The position numbers and the translations under genes were made by a program. Of a stretch of 64,000 bases of DNA, positions 38,836-52,449 are shown piece after piece. The first letter of the stretch is position 1. Each line of letters starts with the position of its first letter. The notes below the pieces were generated by a model. That model did no database searches. It saw only the letters and a program-made list of their open reading frames with translations, and was not told where the DNA came from. Source of the stretch: Eledone cirrhosa. Lineage: Eukaryota. The DNA lies in contig OZ024743.1 in the NCBI GenBank assembly GCA_964016885.1, positions 213,652,001-213,716,000 on the forward strand, given 5' to 3'.

Positions 38836-39959
38836 GTATGTAGGGCGAAATCATAATTTCTTTACTTAAACAATCTTTACAAAGGCTACATTTATTCATT
38901 GATTGATTCCTTTATTAATTCAAATAATGACCTCTGTCATTGAACTGTGCCCATGCTGAATTAATATGTCAATCACATTAACTATATTACATAATTGAAT
39001 CACGTATTATTTCATTGTTAGCTATTTGTAGAATCACGAACTTAATCTTTTTGACACAGAAAACAATATATTATAAAACGGGTAGTCTTATGCCAAATTA
39101 ACAAGAAAAACTATGGGCACTTATACACAAATATATATAATATGTATATACAAGTGTATATATACGAACATACAAATGTATATATATATATATAGCTACA
39201 ATATATAGCTAATAAACACAAACACTTAGTGCTGCTGTCGGGGTTTTATCTATTTCTATACCTACTCTGCATCTACCCATGCATTGAGTACTCTCATGAT
39301 TACTGATCTCCTCGGTCTTAGCACTGCAGACGTTCTCTCTCTCTGTCTATATATATATATATATAATTAGATATATTAACGATAAATCTGTATAAATACA
39401 CATCAACGTGCATCAACGTGTATAAATATATACGCATATCAAATATGTAGGCATGTATACAATCTAGAAAATACGAAAGTCCCTGTAAATTGAAAAATGA
39501 TAAACATCGTTAATCGATTTCCGGATCAACGACAAGGAAACATATATTTGGTGGGTGTATATACACATTCACTCTTAGTATTATTCTGAAATTGACATAT
39601 AATGTGTATATTATTAGCGCTCCTGTTGGTAATATATTAAGATATATATTAAGAAGTGTACTAGCATCGGAAGTGTATGGTAAAGTGGTATCTGTATGAA
39701 TAAAGAGTCTATGACCATGAGTGTTTGTTTGGATGATATACAAGTATAATGATGAATGTCCAATAATATCTAAAAATCGATTAAAGTTGTTTATCATTCT
39801 TTTCAATTGACAAAGAAATTGTATTTTCTGGAATGTTTACATGCGTTCATATTAGATATGTATATACGTTAAATATGTATAAACGTTGGTGCACAGTCGG
39901 TTACACACTCTGTATTTATACAGATATAACTTTATCATACACTTCGGCTGCTAGTGCTT

Positions 39960-39989
<30 letters not shown>

Positions 39990-39990
<1 letters not shown>

Positions 39991-40217
39991 TAGCAATGTA
40001 AGTTATCGCCGTATTTTGACTAAAGAAATTAAAGAAATGATTTAGCCTGATAGTGGGGTTAAGAACCCTCGGGGAAATGGAAAAAGATGAGTATTGACGT
40101 ACATGTACGTCAATACTCTTCTTTTTCCCTTTCCCCGAGGGTTCTTAACCCCACTATCAGGCTAAATCATTTCTTTAATTTCTTTAGTCAAAATACGGCG
40201 ATAACTTACATTTCTAA
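39990..40217. repeat. near-perfect spacerless palindrome (~115-bp arms) between (TA)n tracts
   Basis: Centre is gagtattgacgtacatgtacgtcaatactc (~40104). The arms pair out to atgtaagttatcgccg / cggcgataacttacat. Confidence 0.95.
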
Positions 40218-40484
40218 TAATTTCAAACCCACTCGCTGTTTCGAAAATATTCTTACTATATATATATATATGTAATTTATGTTGGATTAGTTAACTAATG
40301 GGTAGATCTAGTCATTCCGATTAGTAGATGCAAAAATTAGTAGATGCAAGATCTAGTCATTCCGATTAGTAGACAGCATAAGCAGTCAACGTTATGCGTA
40401 TCAATTCAACATTAAAGGAATATTTGAAATCCGGCCCCACTCCTTTCATTGAATATATATATATATTTATATATATATATATAT

Positions 40485-40595
<111 letters not shown>

Positions 40596-40611
40596 CATAT
40601 ATGTATATATC

Positions 40612-40663
<52 letters not shown>

Positions 40664-40679
40664 TATGTATGTATATATA

Positions 40680-40985
40680 TAGAATAAGGAGCAGATATAG
40701 CAATAGCCTGGGGTTCAAAGGCCCTCAACTCTTCAACAAGCGGCCAAGAAATTTGAGAGATCTGCATAGTATGGACGTGGATGTCTTCAAGAAACGTCTT
40801 GACACCCTGTTATCCCGGATCCCGGATGAGGCCACAACACGGTACGCAGGTAACCTATGGACAGCAGCAACGAGTTCCATCCTACACCAATGGCCAGCCA
40901 ACACAGGCTGGACATAGAATGTGTAGCAACAAGGGCGGTGCCTCAGCATTGTTCCAGCCGGATGGCTGGAACATGTAAAAGAGTA
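40680..40985 (+). mobile_element. CR1-superfamily LINE extreme 3' fragment
   Basis: [37 protein letters not shown] matches the usual C-terminal pattern of CR1/L2-like ORF2. Confidence 0.65.
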
Positions 40986-41068
40986 AAAGTGTAAATATGT
41001 ATGTGTGTGTGGTGTACACACACACACACACACACACACATATAAATATATATATATATATATATATG

Positions 41069-41380
41069 GAAGTGGTTACACAAGTTAGTTCACCATACCG
41101 AGAATAATTGTTTCACCTTAGCGGATCTTCAGCTCGGGATGTGCATAGTTATAGGAACAGGAAGGACAACCGTACGACAACTGACCGAGTTTCTGCGCAT
41201 ACGCGTTCGTACGGTTGTCCTTCCAGTTCCTATAACCATGCACATCCCGAGCTGAAGATCCGCTCAGGTGAAACAATTGTTCTCGGTATGGTGAACTAAC
41301 TGTTGTGTAACCACTTCTACCTAACTCGTCCCTTGGACTGAATGCTCTACCACTACGGATATTACCTTTCAGTGTTCCAC

Positions 41381-41385
<5 letters not shown>
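41069..41385 (+). mobile_element. miniature PLE: 3'-terminal repeat preceded by an inverted partial copy, inserted in (TA)n
   Basis: 41069-41176 is the reverse complement of ~41208-41318. 41180-41318 is the reverse complement of the PLE 3' end at 62928-63062. Confidence 0.85.
41247..41286 (+). ncRNA. minimal type I hammerhead ribozyme candidate (inverted copy at 41098-41137)
   Basis: CCGAG-CTGAAGA-T CC GCTCA GG T-GAAA-CAATTG-TT-CTCGG. Stem I is perfect and stem III is the palindrome ACAATTGT. Confidence 0.8.
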
Positions 41386-41444
<59 letters not shown>

Positions 41445-42283
41445 ACATGTGCGTGTGAGCTTTCTTGTAGTTTCATATAATACAAACCTGACACTATAAA
41501 CTAAGGTAAAGAATTTGTGTATATTATTCTGGTTTTCTTTCGTGTGTGTCAATCCTGTAAATAATTTTATTCTAGAGATAATAAATATTAAAAGTATAGT
41601 CTTCTAAGCGAATATGTAGTTGAAGAATCACTGAATCTATTGCTTCTCTGTTTAAATGCAGTTATCTGATATGTGACAACAGCGTCTAGATTGCTATAGA
41701 AGAAATGGAATTATCCAAAATGTAATAGAATATCAAACCATATATAGAATCATTCAGATCTCTGTCAAAGAATTTAAGTAATTTAGATAAATAGAATATT
41801 TTGGAGCTTCCTAACTTATGATGATAATGTTGAAAGTATCAGATAATGCGTTAGTAAGGTATATTTAGGCTGACATACACGAGTGAAATTGTTTGCAGCA
41901 TAGCTATAAAATTGGATATCAATATTTGTACTTGGTTGTATGATTATGTACTTCTGTATTTATTTGTGTTTATTATGGCTAGATCATGAACTGTCCGTAG
42001 AACGATGTAAACTATCTTGTTACATAACTCGTTATATATAGGAATTTTATGGTTCAAAACACGAAAAACTTGTTTGGAAAATTATGATGGTTTCGATAAC
42101 ACTCTGTTGAAATACATCTTACTGACGGTTGTTCAAATTATTTTAGGAACACTTTATCTGATATTGGTAATTTGATTCGTTTTAAGATCACGAAGTAGTA
42201 AATTCATTGTTGCCTCTGTTGAATTGCAGTCGTACGAAGCTAATGTTTCAACATTTAGGGAGTCAGTCATTCATTTTCTTTAG

Positions 42284-42384
42284 ATGCAACAACCGTTTTG
42301 GGATATGTGAATCATCGTTATGCCAATGTTCCTGAGATACTTTTGCACATTAATAAAATTTGTGATTATTTTTCCATTCTGTAA
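42284..42384 (+). CDS. candidate terminal host exon
   Basis: Acceptor cattttctttag. Frame ATTVLGYVNHRYANVPEILLHINKICDYFSIL*. AATAAA at 42401. Confidence 0.25.
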
Positions 42385-43229
42385 TGGGAACTGCCGAAGA
42401 AATAAAAAAACTACAAACCTCTGATATTGCTTGTTTTACTTTTCACTTGAATAGCAAATGATAAATTGTCAGACCAGATGTACGAAACATTTAAATATTG
42501 AAGTTTTCCCTTCTTAACAACACAGATCTGATTTTTATAGTGAACAATAAACATTTCTTACATTAGCTCTACCAAAATGTCTTTCGGCTACTTAATCGCT
42601 CTTAATATTTTATCGATCGAGCAGGAATGCAAACACGACACCAGTGGTGTTTGAACTCTGAGCACAAAGGGCCATTATTACATTTCACAATGTATTTTAC
42701 ATTTATTACTCTTTAATAAAAAAAATGATAATCTTCAATATTATTCCGCATTTTACAATATGTATTCGTGTTACTCTTAACACTGGAATGAAATCGAAGA
42801 CGTAATCGAAATATATAACATAATGAAAACATTTGTGTGTTAAGCTTTAAATATCCTTAACTAAATCTTAGATATAGTCAAAGTTTTTAACACGATAAAT
42901 CGTATTCAGGCGTTTCGCTTTCAGCAAACTTTAATATGAAATGACATGGATAACATAATGGAAATATTTAAAATAATGTAACAATGTTTCTAATTATAAT
43001 TCTAGACGTATGAAGATTTGTTCCTGCCCCAAACCATTCAAATATTAAATATACATAAAGCTGAAGGTACTTCGTTTGACGTACAGATGCACTGACCTAC
43101 GCAACGTATCTAGAATGCCTATTCTTATCTCACCATTGTTTTTAAAACACTATTTCTACACCACTTGATTTAGGCTGATGGGCCATTATGTACACCCTAT
43201 ATGACAGTCGATCAACAAGATCCCAGACC

Positions 43230-43450
43230 TTATTCGCGTAACGAGTGGGGTTGTACTCGTCAAATCTTACCGAGGAAACAATGTTTCCATTGGTCTTTTC
43301 AATTGCTAATACTATCTACCGGTCGCAAATCCAAGCAGAAGGAGCATGTAAAATAAAATGTCTTGCTCAAGGACATAACGCATCACCCGGCTCGGGAATA
43401 GAGCTTACAAACTCACAAATGCCAATCCAATTCTCTAACCATAGCCACGC
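43230..43450 (-). mobile_element. CORE-like tRNA SINE (degenerate); related pieces at ~36690-36872 and ~43750-44000
   Basis: Minus strand GTTATGTCCTTGAGCAAGACATT resembles the CORE domain and follows a tRNA-like head (GTGGCTATGGTTAG..CTATTCCCG). Confidence 0.55.
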
Positions 43451-45829
43451 ACCCTTACTACGCGCTATAGTCACACAAAATCAAATTGAGTATTCAGAAA
43501 TACTGCTTTCGAGGGCCACAATAACTATATCTTTTGACCTGGTACAACTAAGCAATGAACTTGCCGCAAAGCCGTCCAAGGTTAACTTAACTTAAGGGTA
43601 TGCGACATACTCTTAATAAGGTCATGTAGACGTAGTTGTTAGAAACTACTAAATACCAAAATAAATAATATGGTTTTCTGTAGTCTTATTGTTTTTATTA
43701 TAATAGCTGATGGTTGGTGGCGGGTTTTCTCTTTCTAATGTCTAAAGTCACTCTTGAGCCCGGAGGCTCATCAGATCGGTGCTTATGCCGGTTTCCGTAG
43801 TGTTAAATGTCTGAGAGTACAAGACTCCCCACTGGACACAACACTTGTCCTTCAAGTGATTAAATCTCCAGCTATTGCAGGTACTGATTCTTAACTGAGC
43901 AACGCGAAATGAGGTGTTTTGCGCAAGAGCACAGTACACAACCCAGTAAAGGAATCGAATCCACGACATTATGATCGTAAAACAAACATCATTATCACTA
44001 CTCCATCTCTTTCCCCAGCTTTCAATTTGACCTTTCTCTATTATGGCAGTTAACAAATGCATTTTCTAACATGTGTAACACAAATATGCATGCAAAGTGG
44101 CTGTGCATATTCCAGTTAAGGTTGTGTAAAGTGTAGAACTCGAAATGTTATGCACTTAAATCAATTTAAAGATTTTGATAAATTACATAATTGTTTCTAC
44201 TTTACATAATAATCAGTTATTTAGAATGTCCATTCGTAAAATGATTAGCAAATATTTTCATAAATTCTCAATAAGAGAAACCGAAGGCTTCAAACATATA
44301 AACGCACATATTCGGTGTGTGAAAACACAGGTGACTACGATTTGGCTAGAAACTGTAGCTAAAAGATTATTCGGATGACGAGTTATCCCTGGATCCAAAA
44401 TAAGGTGGTTTCATGTTTACCCAGTTACGATATTGGTGAAAACGTTTTATCAAAGAAACCTTTATCATTTTCCATTTTAATATATGTGCAGATTAAACAA
44501 TAACTCTTTAAAGAAATTGATAGGATTTTACAAGAAGTGTATTAGGAATTACTGAATTAGTTTTATTTAATCACAGAGAAAAATTGAAATAAAAAGTGTA
44601 AAAACCTAAAACAATATGTTTTAAATCGATAGTGTAAAATAATTTATTAAGTTAAAAAATCAAAGAAAGAAATTACAATTCATCAACGATTGCCTATAAC
44701 GAATAAAGAGAAAGGAATTAAATAGAAGAAGTAAGGGGAAGGTGGAGGTAGCGGTAGATCTACACCCAAGTCCACATGGAATATCCCAGCTGTGCGACTC
44801 GGACACAATGGCGAAGTCAGTGTTGCGGAGGTAACTAGCGACACCTACTGCATCAGTCACGCTACGTCACGCAGTTCTTTCCTCAGGCTGGGTACACACA
44901 TCCCAATTTTGCAGAAGAAAAGGGCAGATCCGGGTCGAGTACATTAGTAGTCTCAACAGCCACTGACATGAAAAGGAGGCAGTCTGCTTAAGTTCAAGTA
45001 TTTAATTATGTCCCCTTTTTCCGTTATAAAAATCGCGAACCTGCTATACATTATTGTTTTCAGAGCACTTTCTAAAGTACAGGGATTATCTTGAAAGAAC
45101 AAACATACATTTGTACTAATTCTGTTCGGTATTTTATCGATCCGCATTTTATTCATTAAAATGAGGTGAACAGTTTAATTAATCCTGCCGCGAATTTAGT
45201 TTGAATGCCGAATGTTTGAGGCCGATAAATATTCAAGCTACTTCGAATATTAGCAACCCTAACTTCAGCGACCTTAGTAATTTAATTCCAAACACGATTT
45301 TATAATTGACTGCATTTCCTACTGTGTAAGTCTTCACGGAAGTTGCTTTTTGTTCAGAGAATAATTCCTTTGATAAAGACAATCGTAGACACAAGAGCAA
45401 AAGGCGTAACCTTATATTTCCCACCCAAAATAATGAATGATTCCACGCCTAATCTGATACCACTCCATATATAATAATTCTTTTCATTCTACCATATAAC
45501 TTTTCTTTTGATATTTTTAATTTAAATACTTTCCTTAAAAGTCACGTCAAGAGTTACCTTTTTTTTAAATTCGAAATTTACAAGATGATAATCAATGTCA
45601 AAAATAAATACGAAAAATGAGAACTTCGTGATATTTTCATCGAGTCATGCTAAGAAATATAGTCTGTTTTAAAAGAAAATATCATGACTGTCAAATGATA
45701 AATTATACAGACTGTACTTCCATGTACATAAATACCTAGGCTCATACAGTATCAGGTACACAAACAAATACGTTCAGCTATTCACACTTTCATCGACACG
45801 CACGCAAAATACACACGCATGCATAACCC

Positions 45830-45882
<53 letters not shown>

Positions 45883-47069
45883 CGCGTGAGTGCATTTGTG
45901 TGTGTATGTGTATGTATTTATATGTATATATATGTGCACATATATATTTATACAAGTATATATGTCTCTATGTATATGAATGAATATAGAAATATATATA
46001 TATATACATGTATGTATATATATATATATATATATAGATATATATATGTAGAAGTTCTATTTAAATTGTTGGGATACAACAAGCAAATATTTTTATAACT
46101 GATATAAAGCACTCAACAAATTATTGGAGTAAAAATACGATATATTAACAAATGGAAACTATATTTATAAAACCATTTTTATTTCATTATACATATTTCA
46201 AGGACACCAACAGAAATGGGGTCGCATTCTTTAATGGTATGTCAATATTTATTTATAAAACTGTGTGTGTTGTGGGCCAACACACACAAAAACAAGATGG
46301 CGTAGGACAGAACAAAGGAGAGGCTCAAAAACAAAGAAAAGGATCCCCAGTCACAGAATGTGTGACGAAAGAACTTTGACAATATATGAACAATCGTCTG
46401 GTTGTGGAACCAACCAAGCAACCAACCAGTAATTTATAAATTCCTAAATTTATAAATTTAATCTATAATAAATTGAAGTGAAAGTAGCTGGTGCGTGTGT
46501 TTCTTATTGGCAACATGACCGTTCCAAAGTATAACAATATCGGTTTCAACACACGTTTTCAGATAAAGAATCTTGCTAAACAAATTCAGAAACGAAATAT
46601 ATATATATATATATACATGTATGTATATATGTATGTGATAACTGGTAAAGGATGGTCACGTCATATATGTGTTTATAGCTATGTATCTATATGTATGTGA
46701 ATCTTCTATAATTTGTCCTGACTCCCATATGATTGAGTAATGAATTAGGCTAAAATAGACTGCTTCTACTAGCATCTCTATAACTAGGCAATAGTGTAAC
46801 CTTTAATACCATTCTTGATGCCTCTAAAACTACATGATAATTTATCCTCTTTGGTAACAATCAATTCAAGGACATTTTTTTCCTTACTCTGAGGAAGTCG
46901 CTCGACAAACCGTAACCTAATAATGTAAGGGCACTTTGATTGCACAAGTCGGTGAAACAGAGGGCGCGACTTTGAAGTAAAATTAGTTAAATATTTACCT
47001 ATTTTCTCTTCAAACTTATATATATATATATACCGCCTGTGAACGCAATCCAATTGCACCTCTACCACC

Positions 47070-47121
<52 letters not shown>

Positions 47122-47552
47122 AAAAAGGGATGAAATCGAAAATGCAACTGAAGTCTTATTTTTTTTAAAAATATATATATTTATTTGGTTCCTTTACCGG
47201 TTTCGCAGTTCTTCTGCTTTTCAAAAGGTGAGTTGAGATGGAGGGTCTGTGGTTTTTCTCACTCTGAACTCACATATATATCTCACATATATATCTGTGA
47301 ATATGGCCAGCTGTCAGAGTTCAGGTGTCAGAGTTCAGATATATATGTGAGAACAACCGCAGACCCTCCATCTCAACTCACCTTTTGAAAAGCAGAAGAA
47401 CTGCGAAACCGGGAAAGGAACCAAATAAATATATATATTTTTTTAAAAAATAAGACTTCAGTTGCATTTTCGATTTCATCCCTTTTTCTTTATACTTCCA
47501 CTCGTGTAGGACACCTCGGTTATTTTTCATTTTGTAAAAAAAAAAACCTCAC

Positions 47553-47594
<42 letters not shown>

Positions 47595-48089
47595 AAAAAG
47601 AGATGAAATCGAAAATGCAACTGGAGTCTTATTTAAAAAAATATATATATATTTATTTGGTTCCTTTACCGGTTTCGCAGTTCTTCTACTTTTCAAAAGG
47701 TGAGTTGAGATGGAGGGTCTGTGGTTTTTCTCACATCTGGTTGGTCTTTGAATGTTACTTGTTTTATATGGAAAAAGTGGCTCGAAATGCCAGGTTTTTC
47801 GAGAAGTAATTTGATTGGTTTGTCAATAATTATAATAAATTTCGCGCCAGTTCGCGTTACAATAGTGCTTCAAATAAGAGGGCGGGGGATCGTCACTGGT
47901 TGTTTTTTTCATATATGAGTGTTTGAATTTCTTTTTACTTGAAAAAAGAGGCTCACGAAGGCTTTTTTGGGGTTGGTTATAAATGAAATTATGGCTGTCA
48001 CGTGAACAAGTTTTCATTAAATTTTCGTGCCGTTATTTAGAAATCCATTTTGTAGCCTTTTTAGAGAATTTTATGATAAGTGAAAGATA

Positions 48090-48220
48090 ATTGTTTCTAC
48101 TTTAGGCACAAGACCAGCAATTACCCAGTGCATTACTGGTACTTTATTTTATCGACCCCGTAAGGATGAAAGGCAAAGTCAACCTCGGCGGGATTTGAAC
48201 TCAGATCGTAAAGCGACGTA
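48090..48220 (-). mobile_element. 5'-truncated Meta-like SINE with 19-bp TSD
   Basis: TSD ATGATAAGTGAAAGATAAT at 48073-48091 and 48221-48239. The empty site is seen in the inverted paralog at ~49300-49320. Confidence 0.9.
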
Positions 48221-48699
48221 ATGATAAGTGAAAGATAATGGTCAAGAGAAAGGGATGGGAGAATTGTTCTGGTTCAAGGAATATGGTTAGTTCGCTGGGG
48301 TGTCAGAATTCAGATTTTCTATTGAATAAAGAAAGTAAAGATATGTGTGTTTATTTGTGTGCTTGCGTGTGTGTGTGTTGTGTGTGTGTGTGTTTGAATT
48401 TCTTTACTTAAAAAAAGGGGTGGCTCACGAAGGCTTTTTTTTAATAAACGTGATTTGATTTGTTATAAATGAAATTTGGCTGTCACGTGAACAAGTTTTC
48501 ATTACATTTTCGCGCCCTTATTTGGAAATCTATTCTGTAGCCTTTATAGAGAATGTTATGACAAGGGAAAGATAGTGGTCAAGAGAAATGGGATTGGGAG
48601 AATTGTTCTGGTTCAGTGAATATGGTTAGTTCGCTGGGGTGTCAGAGTTCAGATTTTCTATTGAAGTAAAGATATGTATGTTTATTTGTGTGTGTGTGT

Positions 48700-48754
<55 letters not shown>

Positions 48755-49691
48755 AGTGTATTGGAAGATTATTCTATTAGTAGAAATGGGGGAGGGAGTT
48801 GTAAGTGTGGGGGTTGTTATGTGTGTGTATGGGTGTTATGTGTGTGGGAGTATGGTTAGCATGTTAAGATGAAGAGAATATATATATATATATTGTGTGT
48901 GTGTGTGTGTGTGTGTGTGTGAGTAGGAAAATGATTCCTTTAGTAGGAATATATTTGAATGAACATATTTTCCTTACTTATTCGTATTTGTTCTGTTGTA
49001 TTGTCAGTGCAAACGTATGTTAAGGTTTATTTAGTCCGGGTTTTTATTTTCTAAAGTAGAAGGTGTTATGTGTGTATGTCATATTATGGTGTTGACATAA
49101 TGTATATTAAACCATATTTAATGCTGGTCTATATTTTTGAATAAACATATTTTTCTTATTTATTCGTATTTGTTCTGTTGTATTGTTAGCGCATATATAT
49201 CTTTACTTTCTTTATTCAATAGAAAATCTGAATTCTGACACCCCAGCGAACTAACCATATTCACTGAACCAGAACAATTCTCCCATCCCTTTCTCTTGAC
49301 CATTATCTTTCACTTATCATAACATTCTCTAAAAAGGCTACGGAATGGATTTCCAAATAAGGGCACGAAAATTTAATGAAAACTTGTTCACGTGACAGCC
49401 ATAATTTCATTTATAACCAACCCCAAAAAAGCCTTCGTGAGCCCCTTTTTTCAAGTAAAAAGAAATTCAAATACTCATATATGAAAAGAACAACCTGTGA
49501 CGACCCCCCCCCTCTTATTTGAAGCACTATTGTAACGCGAACTGGCGCGAAATTTATTATAATTATTGACAAACCAATCAAATTACTTCTCGAAAAACCT
49601 GGCATTTCGAGCCACTTTTTCCATATAAAACAAGTAACATTCAGAGACCAACCAGATGTGAGAAAAACCACAGACCCTCCATCTCAACTCA

Positions 49692-49729
49692 CCTTTTGAA
49701 AAGCAGAAGAACTGCGAAACCGGTAAAGG
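49692..49729 (+). ncRNA. minimal hammerhead candidate with U3-A8 covariant core (other copies 47191-47228 -, 47381-47418 +, 47663-47700 -)
   Basis: CCTT-TTGAAAA-GCAG AAGAA CTGC-GAAA-CCGG-TA-AAGG. All stems are perfect. Confidence 0.75.
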
Positions 49730-49859
49730 AACCAAATAAATATATATATATTTTTTAAAAATAAGACTCAAGTTGCATTTTCGATTTCATCTCTTTTTCT
49801 TTATACATTCACTCGTGTAGGACACCTCGGTTATTTTTCATTTTGTAAAAAAATCTCAC

Positions 49860-49900
<41 letters not shown>

Positions 49901-51036
49901 ACAAATAAGGTGTGGTAAGATACCAGGTGGACCCAACGTACCAGGAAAAGAGTCAGGTGGACCTTAACGTAATAGGAAAAGAGTCAGGATCCCGATGGCT
50001 GAGCTCCGGCCGTTTCGACAGCTAAATCTGATGGCTGGAAAATGAACTTTTCCAGTCTCCTTCTCAACAAGGAAGATGAAAAAACTTAGCTCTTAATTTT
50101 AAATCTTTAATTTTTACTGTTTAATTCTTATTAATTATTTTTAATTGTAATACTCAACATTTGATAAGATGAAGTTGACTAATAGATCGAAACCAGTAAT
50201 ACTTTATATACTTTATATACATTATAAAACTCTTTTTTAAAAAGAATTATCCCTCACATTTTTTCAATAATGTCACCTTGACGAAAAACAGATTAAAATA
50301 TATTTTCCGTGCTATTTTCAACTTCACCTTATCTCTCTCTTTCTCTCTTTCTCCTCTCTCTCCATCTCCCTCTCTCTTTCTCTCTCTCCCTCTATATATA
50401 TATATATATATAAACATATCGGATATGCTTTCATATACACATCTATCATGAACCACCTCATGTTAGTGCTAGTGTTAAATACGCAAAAAGACAACATATA
50501 AGTATACGCTTATTTTCTTTCACTATCAACTGAGTTAATTTCACTGAGTACGGATACAAATCCAGAAATGAATATCTGATATTCGTGCACAGCTACGGTG
50601 TGACATGATCACGGTGAGACTCTATACATAAATATTTCGTATATGACTTCATATACACCTCTATTATGAACCACACCGGTTGCGAAAAAATTATAGCTGG
50701 TCAAGTTCTCAATATATGTAAATTAGCACACCCAGACAATGTTGTTTTGCACTTTGTGAAAATGGGCATCTTCAGCTGATATTTCATACGTAAAAATGTA
50801 TATAAGTTATAGCTTATTTTAGTCGTTGTTACTTATAAGTAAATGAAGCTGATGACAGAGAAACACACAGAAACACATAGCTGTGACATACCGGTAAAAT
50901 ACCGAGGCAACTGTATATTTATTTTACATAAACATATCGTTTATGACTTCGTATACACCACTAAGGTTGTCTTCGTATACAACATTAAGGTTGTCTTTTT
51001 CAGGGTATGTCAATATTTATTTATAAAACAAATCTA

Positions 51037-51102
51037 TATTTTATCTGATGAAAGCGCACCATAATCTGCCTTGGCTGCCCTTGAAATATATATAATAAAA
51101 TA
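51037..51102 (+). ncRNA. minimal type I hammerhead ribozyme candidate
   Basis: TATTTTAT-CTGATGA-AAGCGCACCA..TGGCTGCCCTT-GAAA-TATATA-TA-ATAAAATA. Host repeat 51000-51240 has an inverted relative at ~46050-46260. Confidence 0.75.
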
Positions 51103-51238
51103 AATATGGTTTTATAAATACAGTTTCCACATATTAATATATTGTGTATTTACTCCACTAAATTGTTGAGTGCTTTATATTAGTTATAACAAATTTTAAG
51201 CTTGTTGAATCCCGACAAGTTAAATTAAATATAACCTC

Positions 51239-51322
<84 letters not shown>

Positions 51323-51877
51323 CAAGTATTGCATGAAGACAAATTAAATAAATATATATATATATATATGTACGTACATACTTACATATACATACATACA
51401 TATACATACATAGATATTTATATATCTATGAAATTCTCTCTCTATATATATAGTTTTTTTTTGTATGAAGGTATGCACGGATAACGTAAAAATGTTCCTT
51501 GTAACATGTCAATATATTTCTTCATAGACCCAAATGTCTATTAATCGCCACGACTTTGATGGGCTTTTCTACTTAAAATCTAACGTGTGAATAGAAAAGT
51601 AATAGAAAGAACTAGGTGGGTAACTCTTTTCTTTTTATCATAGAATCGTAAAATTGTTGATAAGTGAAACTCTTTAAAAATGTATATATGTACACACACA
51701 TACATATATATATATGTAAATGTATATGTACACACACACATATATATATACACATGTATATATATAAACACAAGTATATATATAAACATATACATACATG
51801 TATATATATATATATGCATATATGCATATATATATATATATGTATATATGCATTTATATATATATATATGTATATAT

Positions 51878-51964
<87 letters not shown>

Positions 51965-52449
51965 TATATGTATATACATACACACACATTCGGGTGCGTG
52001 TGTAAGTGTATGTGTGTGTGTATACAAATACATATATGCCAATGAGAAAGAATAAATTAAATGTATATATTCTGAATACGAAATAAAATAAAATGTATCA
52101 ACGATAATTCGTAAGCTGTTTCGGGGAAAAAAAAAACACCTTGGAAAAGAAATGTTGTAAATGGAAATATTTCTTAGCTCTTATTTCCGCTGCTTTTTTC
52201 TGGCTGTCGAGAAATTTTGTTTTCATTTACATTCGTTTATCTTTCAATGCTTTATTCATTCATTTTTTGCGTTCACTTGGTTTCTTTCAAATTTAAAAGC
52301 ACATTTCGAATTTGGAATTTCCTGTATGTTTCTTCAATTTTGGTTTTCGATTTTTATACAGATTTTGTATTAGCACCCGGTTTAATTTGTAAAATAAAAT
52401 TACATTTCATCGTTACCTGCTTCTTGTATTTCGTTTCATGATGTTAGTC

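Larger units (their letters stand above)
47118..49870. mobile_element. complex pLTR-like element: fold-back (47118-47495), direct unit (47590-48340), partial tandem copy (48390-48670), inverted unit (49200-49870)
   Basis: Near-identical blocks occur in both orientations. Every segment boundary lies in (TA)n or (TG)n. Four hammerhead copies. Confidence 0.85.

Noticed and set aside
46889-46915. CTGAGGA-A-GTC GCTC GAC-AAAC hammerhead remnant
   Set aside because: Catalytic G12 is absent and stem I is unclear. At best it is a dead copy.
50849-50890. CTGATGA...GAAACACATAGCTGTGA
   Set aside because: There is no stem II and U16.1 is missing.
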